Positions 51,050 through 61,448 of a DNA stretch of 64,000 bases are shown here, piece by piece. Under the pieces are notes generated by a model. The model did no database searches. It was not told the origin of the DNA and saw nothing but the letters and a program-made list of their open reading frames with translations. The DNA is taken from NCBI GenBank assembly GCA_016839585.1, contig JAEOTZ010000016.1, positions 15,215 through 79,214 on the forward strand, in the 5' to 3' direction. The DNA is from Promethearchaeota archaeon. GTDB lineage: Archaea; Asgardarchaeota; Lokiarchaeia; Sigyniarchaeales; SOKP01. Each line of letters starts with the position of its first letter. The first letter of the stretch is position 1. Position numbers and translations under genes: made by a program.

Positions 51050-51543
51050 CATTATATCACAATTAAGATTTTGTGAATAAATAGAATAGGCTAATATATT
51101 TAGAATACTTATTTTTAATCCTTTAAAATGTATAAAAAGTAAGTAATATACGTATCAGCCAATTGGAAAAATATTTTTACCCCAAAAGTCATTTTAAAAG
51201 GAGATTTATGTGATTCAAATTGAATTTCTTGTTTACACGGATTACACGTTTTAGATTCAATTGATTTTCACACATTTTTGATCCTGTTGACTAAATACGT
51301 AATATTACTTATGATTCATAACTAAAATTCATTTTAAAATTTATATTGAGATTATCGGATTTTTAATTTATAAACATTTAAATATCCATATTATTATAGT
51401 TATGCATTTAATTATCATACTACAAAAGCAAATCAGACTTACTAAATTAAAAAAAATATTTAAACGATGGGTTAACATTAGAATATGAAAAAAAATAAAG
51501 ATGAATTTATTTACTGCTTAATAAAGTAAGGTTAGATGACTTT

Positions 51544-51726
51544 ATGAGAAAAAGAAAGTGTTTTAGGTGCGGTAAAGATTTAGATTTTGAGAGTTATATA
51601 AAAAATAGTAGTTCTAAAACGAGAGAACATTTAACTAAGCTGTGGAATAGTAATTATATTGAGTTTTATTGTTGTCATTGTTATAATATTAAAGTGAAAT
51701 ATCAACCTTATCTTGATTTAGATTAA
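51544..51726 (+). CDS. Small zinc-finger protein
   Basis: CFRCGK...LW...YCCHCY. Confidence 0.65.
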   Translation: MRKRKCFRCGKDLDFESYIKNSSSKTREHLTKLWNSNYIEFYCCHCYNIKVKYQPYLDLD

Positions 51727-51927
51727 GTGACTTCTAAACTTATTTTTAAGAATTGTTGCTTCTTCTTTTTTTAGTAATACTTTATATCTTTTTTGATTTG
51801 GTACATTTCTGTATTTGTTAAAATAATTCATAATTCTTGTTTGATTTTTAAGCTTTCATTTTTAATTTGCTAAAATTAATGGAAGGGTGAGAGAGGTTTT
51901 GTTAAACAATAGGTTTAGTAAAAAAAA

Positions 51928-52983
51928 TTATTTAAATTCCTTTTTTACTTCTTCAATGACTTTACCTGTTCGATATAATAATTCATAAGCTACTGTTGGT
52001 GAGTACCAACCTGATAATCCACAATCAGGACCAACAAATCTAAGACGTTCTCCATAGTGATCAATAGCATCAAGTAGGTTCTTTTTAATTCTTTCTTTAG
52101 AATCAATTAAACTTATTGTTCCTTCGATAGTCTTTAAATAATCAAATGAAACTCCTGAATCCAACGCCTCTGCCATAATATTATTAACATTTGTCCTTGT
52201 AATACCTACACGGATATATTTATCATATTGTTCTAACTCTCTTTTAGGAATTTTATTAGACTTATTTGAAGCATATTCACAGGTAATGACATTAAGATTT
52301 TCTGTTTGTAAAGGAATTGATGCCAAATTTAACGTATGTATATGAAATTGACTTTTTACATCAATTCCTTCTAGAGTTTTGTCAAAAACCTGTATTAATT
52401 CATCATTATCAATATGGATTAAATCAACATAACCAAATGAAGGTTCATCAATAGAAACGATTGAAGTCTTCATATACTTAGTATTGATAATTGATTTTCT
52501 TAAGAAAGAATTTATTGATTTAGCGAAGTTTAACGCCATGTCTAAATAAATCGTATAATTTATCTTTTTAATATATAATTCTATTGGTCCAGTTATACAT
52601 AGTTTAGTGTTGAGAGGATTTCCTGTTCTTTCATAATATTCCACCGCGAATTTTTCAAGTACAAACATTTCTGGAATAAAAGCTTTTTCTGGATCTATCA
52701 AATTTGGTTCAATTTCATAATCTGCTAATGGTCTTAAAAATTGATTGTACATATCCATATGTTGAGGATAATTTACTATTTGAACACCAGCATTTAGTTT
52801 TAAATTAAAGGAGTTAATGAATGGATCTATAAAATAAATATTGATCCCTCTATTCTCAAAAATATTACTTTTATTGACTAGCCCCTTATAAGTTATCCAA
52901 TAAAATTTTTCAAAAGCTTGCCTATTTATATGAGCTGGTAAAGGGAAACTTCCTACATCATCAAACTTAGGAAATTCACTCAA
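51928..52983 (-). CDS. Core (single-domain) MetE-like methionine synthase / methyltransferase
   Basis: DVGSFP, TGPIEL, IDEPS, HIH, GPDCGL. Confidence 0.75.
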   Translation of the reverse strand: MSEFPKFDDVGSFPLPAHINRQAFEKFYWITYKGLVNKSNIFENRGINIYFIDPFINSFNLKLNAGVQIVNYPQHMDMYNQFLRPLADYEIEPNLIDPEKAFIPEMFVLEKFAVEYYERTGNPLNTKLCITGPIELYIKKINYTIYLDMALNFAKSINSFLRKSIINTKYMKTSIVSIDEPSFGYVDLIHIDNDELIQVFDKTLEGIDVKSQFHIHTLNLASIPLQTENLNVITCEYASNKSNKIPKRELEQYDKYIRVGITRTNVNNIMAEALDSGVSFDYLKTIEGTISLIDSKERIKKNLLDAIDHYGERLRFVGPDCGLSGWYSPTVAYELLYRTGKVIEEVKKEFK

Positions 52984-53269
52984 TTTAATTGACCACCTTT
53001 TTAGTTAAAATGTGAAAAAATCAAAAAAGAAAATTTCGCAACTGTATATTATTCTTTTGAATTCTTTTGCAATAATTGTTCCATAACTTTAAGATCTTTT
53101 AATTTATCAATGAAGAAGTTTTTTAACAAAGTATATATATTCATTTTTAGCATTATATATAAAGAACATGCTTTAAATAGCTGAAAGTTTTAAAAAAGTG
53201 ATAATCCATTATTTTATTCAAATAATATTAACAACTTGTATTGTAGTCAAAAAATAATTTTAGAAAGAA

Positions 53270-54403
53270 GTGAATATTATGTCAAAAGCAGAAAAATTGC
53301 CTAAAGAATGTAAAGAGTATATGACTCCAATGGAAAGGATAACGGGTCTTTTAACACGAAAAAAACTTGATAGAGTTCCGTGCTTTCCATTCGTTTCAGC
53401 AGCAGCAGCTCAGATTAGACGGTTAAACTATGGAGAATATGCTACAAAACCAGATTTATTCTTAAGATGTCAAATAGAAGCTCAACAGCTTTTTGGGTAT
53501 GATGGTATTACAGCAATGCCAGATCTTTGCGTTGAGGCTCAAGGTTTTGGGGCAAAAATCATATATCCCCCCGATAACGCTGCTTATCCAGATCCTTATA
53601 ATCCAGTTCTTAAATCTCCAGATGATTATAAAAACATTGGTAAATTATTTGATTGGTCCCATGCTGACAGGATGAAAAATCAAATAAGAGTCGTTAAAAC
53701 CATAAAGGAGGAATTACCTGATTTAATGATAGGAGGGATGACAATAGGTCCATTAGGATTAATAAGCCGACTTCGTAATGTTAATGACCTCGTGCGAGAT
53801 TTCACGTATCATAAAGACAAACTTCATGAAGCTCAAGAAATTGTAACTGATATTCAAATAGAATATATTGAAAAACAGATTGAGGCAGGAGCTCGAACAA
53901 TCATGGTTCCTGTCGTTTTAGCCGAGAGAGAACTTATGAGCAAGGAAATGTGGTTAGAATTGGATATGCCTTATCAAAAGAAGATTGCCAATTTTGTGAG
54001 GAAAAAACGAGTTTTTTATATGGTTCATACTTGTGGTCGAGGTCCCTATTTTGATCTGTTAATTGAGCATCTTCGACCAGTTCTTATTCAAAATGCATTC
54101 TTACCTGATGGTATAAAAACTGAACAGGAAATGGTTGAAAAATATGGGAAGAAGTTAATATTTTTAGGATTTTTAAGCGTTTCATTACTTGCATGGGCAC
54201 ATCCTTATGAAGTTATAGCGGAATGTAAAAGACAACTTGAAGTTTTCGGAAAGTCACCCGCAGGCTATATTCTTGGAGCGTCTTGTGAATATCCGCCCTA
54301 TGCACCCTTATATAATGCGATGGCTGTTGTTAAAGCAGCTAGGACATATGGTAAAAATTTTCAAACTGGTAAGGGAGCCAATTATGAAGAAGAAGGAGGT
54401 TAA
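53270..54403 (+). CDS. MtaA/CmuA-type (URO-D family) corrinoid methyltransferase
   Basis: MTPMERI...DRVP, VEAQGFG, HTCG, ILGASCE Zn ligands. Confidence 0.85.
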   Translation: MNIMSKAEKLPKECKEYMTPMERITGLLTRKKLDRVPCFPFVSAAAAQIRRLNYGEYATKPDLFLRCQIEAQQLFGYDGITAMPDLCVEAQGFGAKIIYPPDNAAYPDPYNPVLKSPDDYKNIGKLFDWSHADRMKNQIRVVKTIKEELPDLMIGGMTIGPLGLISRLRNVNDLVRDFTYHKDKLHEAQEIVTDIQIEYIEKQIEAGARTIMVPVVLAERELMSKEMWLELDMPYQKKIANFVRKKRVFYMVHTCGRGPYFDLLIEHLRPVLIQNAFLPDGIKTEQEMVEKYGKKLIFLGFLSVSLLAWAHPYEVIAECKRQLEVFGKSPAGYILGASCEYPPYAPLYNAMAVVKAARTYGKNFQTGKGANYEEEGG

Positions 54404-54408
54404 AAGCT

Positions 54409-55056
54409 TTGTCAGATGAAGAAATTTTGAATAAGCTTAAGGAAAGTGTTCTAGATTTTGATGAAGAGACTGCTAAAGAAGCTGCTAAGGAAGCAATAAA
54501 GGCTGGAATTGACCCATTAAAAGCAATAAAGGAGGGGCTATACCTGGGCTTAAAAGAAATTGCGGATCACTATGAAGACACTTTCTTTATAACAGATATG
54601 ATAATAGCTTCAGATGTATTCTATGCGGGTGCGAATATTTTAAAATCTAAAATAGATCCAGAAAGATTTAAAGCAGATAGTAAAGGAACAGCTGTTATTG
54701 GCGTTGTGAAAGGAGATATTCATGATCTTGGCAAGAACATGGTGAAATACCTATTTGAAGCTGAAGGTTTCAAAATTATTGATCTGGGATTTGATGTTCC
54801 TGCTGAGAAATTTGTTGAAGAGGCAGTGAAAAACAATGCAGATTTTATCTTAATTTCGTTAATGCTAAGCTCAAGGTTTCCTGAAATCGGAAAAATCGTT
54901 AATTTAGCTAAAGAAAAAAAGTTACAAGCAAATGGAGTGAAAATTATGGCTGGTGGGGGCCCCGTTTCAGAAAAAATAGCCTATGAACAAGGTGCTGATG
55001 GATGGGCACTCACAGCTCCTTTAGCGGTTAAAAAAGCTTTAGATTTGCTTAAATAA
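54409..55056 (+). CDS. Corrinoid (B12-binding) protein, MtaC/MtbC-like
   Basis: GDIHDLGKN, DLGFDVP, GGGP, GADG. Confidence 0.92.
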   Translation: MSDEEILNKLKESVLDFDEETAKEAAKEAIKAGIDPLKAIKEGLYLGLKEIADHYEDTFFITDMIIASDVFYAGANILKSKIDPERFKADSKGTAVIGVVKGDIHDLGKNMVKYLFEAEGFKIIDLGFDVPAEKFVEEAVKNNADFILISLMLSSRFPEIGKIVNLAKEKKLQANGVKIMAGGGPVSEKIAYEQGADGWALTAPLAVKKALDLLK

Positions 55057-55080
55057 GATATCAAATAGGATTGATATTAA

Positions 55081-56919
55081 TTAACAATTATAAAAGAAGT
55101 TAAATAAGAGATTAATCTCTTTTTCTTTTACCTTAAATAAATCGAAAATTAATTTATCAATTCTTACTTGAATTTCTTTTCTATTCCCGCTGGATTGAAC
55201 TAATTGCTTTGTTAATTTTTTTATTAAAGATATTTTCTTACAGTCCTTTTCTGATGTAAAGTTTTCTATAAAAGGGATAGGCAAATCATATTCTAATTTT
55301 GTCTTACTTCGCTTTATCCGAATATTTTTTGCGTTAAATAAAAAACGGACTAAATTAGAATTCAAATACGCTATCATAAATGTGTAATCAATAGATTTTT
55401 GGTTAAATCTTGGCCATAAGAAATAAGTATCAGATGTAGCAAAATATGAGGAATTTGAATATCCGAAAATATTCTCGTTAGATATATACTTAAAAAAGAT
55501 CTTTCTACCCTTTTCATAAAAAGGTTCAAGATCAATTAAGGTTTCATTGGAATCATTTTCATTTCTCCGGATAAACGTCCCTCTTCTTGGAAAAAAATAA
55601 TCATTTGGATTCTCTTTTGCATTAACTAAAATATTTTGTAATTCTGTTTTATATTGTTTTAGGTATTGAATTAGATTTGGATATTTTTCTTCAAAAAATC
55701 GATTTCTTTCCTCTATATTCGCACCATTAAATTCATTTTTATTAAAATATATACCATACCCGGTATGATCCCCTTCTTTATAACTGTAAGGCTTTATTGA
55801 TTTACTTTTATAAATTTTCTTAAGTCTTTCCTTCTCAATATTTAAAATCTTTACAAAAATATTGTTGATTTTTATATATACATCTTGCTTCTCTATTTTA
55901 AGATTCTTTCCTTCATTTAAAATAAATATATTATCTTTAATAAAAATTATACCATTACGTACAATAAATCTATCCTTAAGATAAGAGATTTTACCGTTAA
56001 CGATACAGCTTTTTTCAATATCATCAATAATCTCCTTGATCTCTTCCGGATATAATAAGTTCCAACTTCTATCTGGTTTCAAATCATTATTCGTTATAGC
56101 AGATCTATAGTTTCTTATGCTTCTATTATCATTGCCTAATAATACCTCTTTAAAAATCAATGTATTAAACATTTCATTATTATTACTTGAAATTCCATTC
56201 TTAGTAATCTGAATTACTTGAATAGGTTTGTTTACGGATCGTTGCTTCTCCAGATCTGTTTTCTTCCTTAGAATAAAAATACAATTATGCTGCCCCTCTG
56301 CTCCTTTAAATAAGGTCATATTTGATAAGTCGATGTATTGAAGTAAAAAACATTCTTCTAATATATGGGGTTTTAATAATTTTATCCCTGTTTTTTTAGA
56401 TTTTGTTAACCAGTAATTTGTTGTGATAAATGATAAAATTCCACCTGGTTTAAGCTTTAAAATCCCTAAATGGATAAAGTAATAAAATAAATCCATATTT
56501 CCTACAAAATATTTTTTACAAATTGGAAACTTCTTTGTATAATTTTGAAATACATCTGCGTTGTAATTTTGACCTAAATAAGGAGGATTTCCAATGATTA
56601 TATCAAATTTTTCGTTTAGATCTGAACCCAAAAAGTTTTCAAAAACAAATCTTACTTGTGGATAATTCTTTAAAAGAGTATTCTTCAAATTTTTATCCAT
56701 TTCATAAGCAGTTATATCTAAAAAGTTGTTTTGAATAAGAGATTTCAGAAATATACCTTCTCCTACAGATGGTTCCAAAACCTTTAAATCTTGATAGGAT
56801 TTATTATAAGTGGTAATGAAGTTAGATATATTCTTTACCATAAATTTTGCGATATATTCAGGAGTAAATATTTGTCCAATTAAATTATATCCTCTTTTAT
56901 TATTATTTTTTAAAACCAT
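55081..56919 (-). CDS. N6-adenine DNA methyltransferase (Eco57I/TaqI-like gamma class)
   Basis: GQIFTP, LEPSVGEGIF, IIGNPPY, C-terminal YLNS..LPIP. Confidence 0.88.
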   Translation of the reverse strand: MVLKNNNKRGYNLIGQIFTPEYIAKFMVKNISNFITTYNKSYQDLKVLEPSVGEGIFLKSLIQNNFLDITAYEMDKNLKNTLLKNYPQVRFVFENFLGSDLNEKFDIIIGNPPYLGQNYNADVFQNYTKKFPICKKYFVGNMDLFYYFIHLGILKLKPGGILSFITTNYWLTKSKKTGIKLLKPHILEECFLLQYIDLSNMTLFKGAEGQHNCIFILRKKTDLEKQRSVNKPIQVIQITKNGISSNNNEMFNTLIFKEVLLGNDNRSIRNYRSAITNNDLKPDRSWNLLYPEEIKEIIDDIEKSCIVNGKISYLKDRFIVRNGIIFIKDNIFILNEGKNLKIEKQDVYIKINNIFVKILNIEKERLKKIYKSKSIKPYSYKEGDHTGYGIYFNKNEFNGANIEERNRFFEEKYPNLIQYLKQYKTELQNILVNAKENPNDYFFPRRGTFIRRNENDSNETLIDLEPFYEKGRKIFFKYISNENIFGYSNSSYFATSDTYFLWPRFNQKSIDYTFMIAYLNSNLVRFLFNAKNIRIKRSKTKLEYDLPIPFIENFTSEKDCKKISLIKKLTKQLVQSSGNRKEIQVRIDKLIFDLFKVKEKEINLLFNFFYNC

Positions 56920-57015
56920 CTTACCTTAATATTAGGTTATGAAGTCTATATATTTGCTGGTTAATTGTCTTTAAAAAGTAAAAATTTAGAAAGAAAAACG
57001 GAATGATATATTAGA

Positions 57016-58548
57016 TTAATGATCGTGATTATGCTGATGCTCGTGATGCTCCATTTTAATGTTTATCGGTTCTAAATTACCAATTGCCCAACCTGTCACC
57101 TCATTAAGTGAAGGATGAATAACCATTGAGTGATAAATTGGCATAAATGAGCCACCTTCCGGACAAGCTCGGGAAATTTTAGGAATATCGGTTTCTTCAG
57201 TAAATTCTGGTAAAACACAAGTAAAACCTGAATTCATCAAATAAACGAAAGGCTGTACCAAAAGAGCAGCATTAGATCCGATTACATGAGCTCCTAAAAT
57301 TCTATATGATTTATCAACTATTAATTTAACAAATCCATCATCTTCTTCACCAGTTTTAAAACCCATTGCGAAACCCTTTGCTACAGTTGAGTAATTTTTT
57401 ACTGCTATATAAATTTCATGTCCTTTTTCTATTGCTTCTGCTTGGGTCATTCCAGCATGACCTATTTGAGGATAAGTAAAAATCGCCCATGGAACTGCAG
57501 AATAATCTACTGAACGTTTTTGATCTTCTGGACCAAAAATATTATTAGTACAAATTTCTGATTCATAATTTGCTTTATGACGAAATTGAAATAGACCATT
57601 AGCATCACCAATACACCAAATATTCTTTTTATTAGTTTCCAAATACATGTTTGTTTTTATCCACCCTTTTTCATTTATTTCAACTCCAGTATTTTCAACT
57701 TTTAATAGATCTGCATTTGAACGTCGGCCTGTAGCTACAAGAATTTCTTCTGCTGTAATTTCAACTTCTTGACCTGTCTCCATGTTTCTAGCAATTACTA
57801 TTTTTGTGTTTTTCTTTAATTTTGCTTTAATTGCTTTATGATTAACATAGACTTTCATATATTTCTTAAAATTTTGTTCTAAAAATTGACTGATTTCTGG
57901 TTCTTCAGTCGTCACTAAACGAGGAAGCATCTCAATGATTGATACTTCTGTTCCCATAGCTGAGAAAATATGAGCAAATTCTGCAGCAATTACTCCTCCT
58001 CCAATAATTATAAGACTTTTCCAAGGTTGACTTGGAAATTTTTCACCAAAGAAATTTTCATTAGTAATATAGCCTACATCTTCTAAACCTTCAATTTTTG
58101 GGATAAATGATCGTGCCCCTGAGGCTATTACGAATCTATCTCCTTTAAATGTGCCAAAAATCTCTTTCCCATCAATAGAATTTACCCGCATCTCATATTC
58201 TCCAGTAAATTCGCCTACTCCTTTGTATAATGTGAGATTAGGGACGTGTGATAATCCCTCCTCGATCTGCTTGCTTTCATCGATCTGAGACCACATTCTT
58301 TTGGATATTAAATCCCAATCAATTCTTTGTACATTGAAATGAATTCCAACTTTAATTGCATGTTGAGCTTCTCGAATCAAGTCTGCTGGGTGTACTAAAA
58401 CTTTCGAAGGAATACAACCACGAGTTAAACATGTAGCGCCTAACTTTGTATCTTCTACGAGTGCACATTTAATACCCATTTGGAGACCCACATTCAAAAC
58501 ATTTAGTCCGGCTCCACTGCCTATAACAACTAAATCATATGTTTCCAT
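57016..58548 (-). CDS. Pyridine nucleotide-disulfide oxidoreductase (dihydrolipoamide dehydrogenase/mycothione reductase-like)
   Basis: IGSGAG, TCLTRGCIPSK, GGGVIAAE, IHPSLNE; His-rich tail. Confidence 0.9.
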   Translation of the reverse strand: METYDLVVIGSGAGLNVLNVGLQMGIKCALVEDTKLGATCLTRGCIPSKVLVHPADLIREAQHAIKVGIHFNVQRIDWDLISKRMWSQIDESKQIEEGLSHVPNLTLYKGVGEFTGEYEMRVNSIDGKEIFGTFKGDRFVIASGARSFIPKIEGLEDVGYITNENFFGEKFPSQPWKSLIIIGGGVIAAEFAHIFSAMGTEVSIIEMLPRLVTTEEPEISQFLEQNFKKYMKVYVNHKAIKAKLKKNTKIVIARNMETGQEVEITAEEILVATGRRSNADLLKVENTGVEINEKGWIKTNMYLETNKKNIWCIGDANGLFQFRHKANYESEICTNNIFGPEDQKRSVDYSAVPWAIFTYPQIGHAGMTQAEAIEKGHEIYIAVKNYSTVAKGFAMGFKTGEEDDGFVKLIVDKSYRILGAHVIGSNAALLVQPFVYLMNSGFTCVLPEFTEETDIPKISRACPEGGSFMPIYHSMVIHPSLNEVTGWAIGNLEPINIKMEHHEHQHNHDH

Positions 58549-58817
58549 AAATTCAATTTTGAAAGTATTATTTTTAAAGTTTTTACTAAAGTTTTAAAGA
58601 AAAAAGTGAAATAAAAGAAATATAAAGATAGAGAGATGTATCTCTTTATTTAAAAAAAGTTACTTAGAATTTATAATATCATTACTTATCATTACTAAGA
58701 AGAAAAAATAAAACAAAATGGTGTTCGATAATAACAATATCAAAAGAAATCATACGAGACGAAAAAATTAGAACTATCATTAATTCAGAATATAAAGATA
58801 ATGAGTTCATAAATTTA

Positions 58818-59993
58818 ATGAAAAAGATTACAAATGAATCTATTGAATCTAATTCTTTTTATAAAGAATTAGTTAATAAACAGAAATTTAATACAGATGA
58901 TTTGAATAATTTAGATGATTTAGCGATAATCCCATATATACCTGGTCCTTATTTCAAGGAATCTGCTAATATGTTTAAAAAGTTAATGAAAATTCCTATA
59001 AAATCCCCTGAATTTGAAACTTGGAATGTATCTTCGTGTACAACAGGAGATGCATCCTTAGTGGGGCGTTCAAGAGAGGATATAGAATTATTGGCAAGTA
59101 TGACCATCAAATGTATCTATGAATTTATTCCCATCCCTAAAGATGAATGGTATAAAACAATCTCATTTAATTTTTCTCCAAGTGTTAAGTTTTTAAACAG
59201 AATTGCATGGAGATATACAAAAATCAGACCAGTTAAATTATATGGTAGTATTTTACATGAAATATCAACAAGGATGTCGAATCCAAAATTTCTAATTAAA
59301 TTTTTTATTTTAAAAGCATTTAAGGAAATCATTAAAAAACGAAGCCTTGTAGGGGCTTTTGGAATAAATACAAAATTCGTTATTAATGAAGTTAGGAAAA
59401 ACTTTCAAAAACAAGAAGAAGAACAGAAACATATCTCATTTGGAGGAAGTCTTCAATTACTAAATATCTTTATGAACGTGTATATGAAAGAAGATAATAT
59501 CAGATTCGATATACCTAATAGTGTTGTTAATACTGGTGGTGGAGGGTGGAGTGGGCATAAATCTCAATTGAAATATCCTCCTATAGATAAAGTAAAATTT
59601 GTTTCGGATTGCATTGAATACTTTGGAACTAAAGCTGATAGAATCACGGATATGTATGGTTTTACAGAAACACCAATAGTTTTTGGTAGTCATTGGTCAG
59701 ATAAACATCAAGACTTTATTTTCCATTGTCCATCTCAAGCTAGAATTCTAATTAGAGATTTAGACTCATTAGATCCTCTCAGTAAGAAGGGTGATCAGGG
59801 TCTTCTGGAGGTTTTTACACCATTTGGAGTAGCTGCCTCAGTAAATCATGCTGTACTCATGGATGATTTAGTAGAGTTAGTTTCAAAGAATAGATGCCCT
59901 GAATGCGGATATGAAGGTGATTCGTTTTTAGTTCATGGTAGAATTAAAGATAAAGAAGGACTCGGATGCGCTTCTATTCTTGAATGGATATAA
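58818..59993 (+). CDS. LuxE/PaaK-like acyl-protein synthetase
   Basis: SSCTTGDAS P-loop, NTGGGGW, DMYGFTE, MDDL, GRIKD..GLGC. Confidence 0.7.
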   Translation: MKKITNESIESNSFYKELVNKQKFNTDDLNNLDDLAIIPYIPGPYFKESANMFKKLMKIPIKSPEFETWNVSSCTTGDASLVGRSREDIELLASMTIKCIYEFIPIPKDEWYKTISFNFSPSVKFLNRIAWRYTKIRPVKLYGSILHEISTRMSNPKFLIKFFILKAFKEIIKKRSLVGAFGINTKFVINEVRKNFQKQEEEQKHISFGGSLQLLNIFMNVYMKEDNIRFDIPNSVVNTGGGGWSGHKSQLKYPPIDKVKFVSDCIEYFGTKADRITDMYGFTETPIVFGSHWSDKHQDFIFHCPSQARILIRDLDSLDPLSKKGDQGLLEVFTPFGVAASVNHAVLMDDLVELVSKNRCPECGYEGDSFLVHGRIKDKEGLGCASILEWI

Positions 59994-60104
59994 CTCTGGT
60001 TTTGATGACAATTTTAATTTTTCGGTGAACTCTTCATAAATCAATGCCTTAATGTGAGGGCTATATGAATAATTTTTAAATAGTTAAATTGGTTATTATT
60101 ATAT

Positions 60105-60404
60105 ATGAGACATGATGTCTTAACTTTGGAGGGTGTGAACATTAACAATACAATTAAGAGATTTATCGATTATTTTCATCCTAGTGGTAAATTCACAGAT
60201 AAAACAGGCAATATCCATGTGTTTATTATTGAACAATATTATTTTAGAGCAGAATCAATTCTTACGTCAACTTTAATTTTTGAACAAAAAGATCAAAGTA
60301 CCTTGATAATTCATATGGTTGTAGCTGGAGGAGGAACTTCCTTACTTTCTGGGAATGCTAAAAAATCTATGCTTAAAAAGTTAAAAAAGTTCTTTTTAGA
60401 ATAA
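60105..60404 (+). CDS. Hypothetical protein (DUF6054-like)
   Basis: IEQYYFR...TLIFE...VAGGG. Confidence 0.55.
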   Translation: MRHDVLTLEGVNINNTIKRFIDYFHPSGKFTDKTGNIHVFIIEQYYFRAESILTSTLIFEQKDQSTLIIHMVVAGGGTSLLSGNAKKSMLKKLKKFFLE

Positions 60405-60501
60405 AATAAGAGTAGATTGTATAAGATTATATTTTCACAACTATGATTGAATTAATATATCAAAATCCTATCAATAAAATATTAAAACAAAAGAATTAGA
60501 T

Positions 60502-61434
60502 TTAAGATTTAATAATTTCCATAAGTTTCGGAAAAATCCTTGGGTAATGGACCGCCATACAATGGATTCCGGCAAGTAGATTCTTTTTCCTAAGCTCTGT
60601 AATGAATGGTTTGAAGAACTCATAATTTGCTTGATCATATGCCTCTTTTTGCATTTTCTTATCAGTTGAGTAATCCGTTTTAATGCCCTTCCATTTAGCT
60701 AAAATATTTTTAGGAACGCTTACACCTGGCACAAACGTATCGAAGCCTTTAGCCATTCCATAACTCTTCATAGGAAATATTCCTAAGAGAAGAGGAACTT
60801 TATATTTCTTAATTTCTGTTAAAAATTCAATGGTTCGATCCAAATCATAAACTACTTGAGTTTGTATAAATTCACAACCCGCTTCTGCTTTCCGTCCAAT
60901 TTTTAAGATTTCTGCTTCCATTGGTTCTGCATTTGGGTTTGCTGCTGCGCCCACATGAAGAGTTGGTGGATGCTTAATTTCATGACCATTAATCGCTCCT
61001 GTATCGACCATTTCTCTCACAAGTTTTACTAGGGTTGCAGAATCTAAATCAAAAACAGGTTTGCTTTCAGACATATCGCCCAATGCTGTGTGGTCTCCAG
61101 TAAGAGAAAGAATATTTCTTAATCCTAAGGCGTGTCCTCCCATAATCATACCAGCAATTCCGAGTTTATTAACATCTCTTACAGTTAATTGCCAAATAAC
61201 TTCTAAATTTGCTTCTTTCTGAATAATATGGGAAGCTGCCATACTATTGATCGTAACAATACCAAGAGGACTATCTGTAACATTTGCAGCAATCACATAA
61301 GGTGCCATATCTTTTGCCTCCTGAATTGTATGAGAAAGGTCGCATGTTTTTTCAGGCTCAAGTTCACCAGTAAGTATGAATTCTCCCTTTGCAAGTGCCT
61401 CCCCTAACTTTGAATATACTTTTCTTTCAGTCAT
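60502..61434 (-). CDS. metF: Methylenetetrahydrofolate reductase
   Basis: TGELEP, NVTDSP, RDVN, LTGDH, QTQVVYD. Confidence 0.92.
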   Translation of the reverse strand: MTERKVYSKLGEALAKGEFILTGELEPEKTCDLSHTIQEAKDMAPYVIAANVTDSPLGIVTINSMAASHIIQKEANLEVIWQLTVRDVNKLGIAGMIMGGHALGLRNILSLTGDHTALGDMSESKPVFDLDSATLVKLVREMVDTGAINGHEIKHPPTLHVGAAANPNAEPMEAEILKIGRKAEAGCEFIQTQVVYDLDRTIEFLTEIKKYKVPLLLGIFPMKSYGMAKGFDTFVPGVSVPKNILAKWKGIKTDYSTDKKMQKEAYDQANYEFFKPFITELRKKNLLAGIHCMAVHYPRIFPKLMEIIKS

Positions 61435-61448
61435 TCTTTACATACCTC

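Noticed and set aside
59994-60075. Second C/D sRNA (TTGATGA on +, ATGAAGAGTT on -)
   Set aside because: No properly spaced D/D' boxes and no recognisable rRNA-complementary guide.
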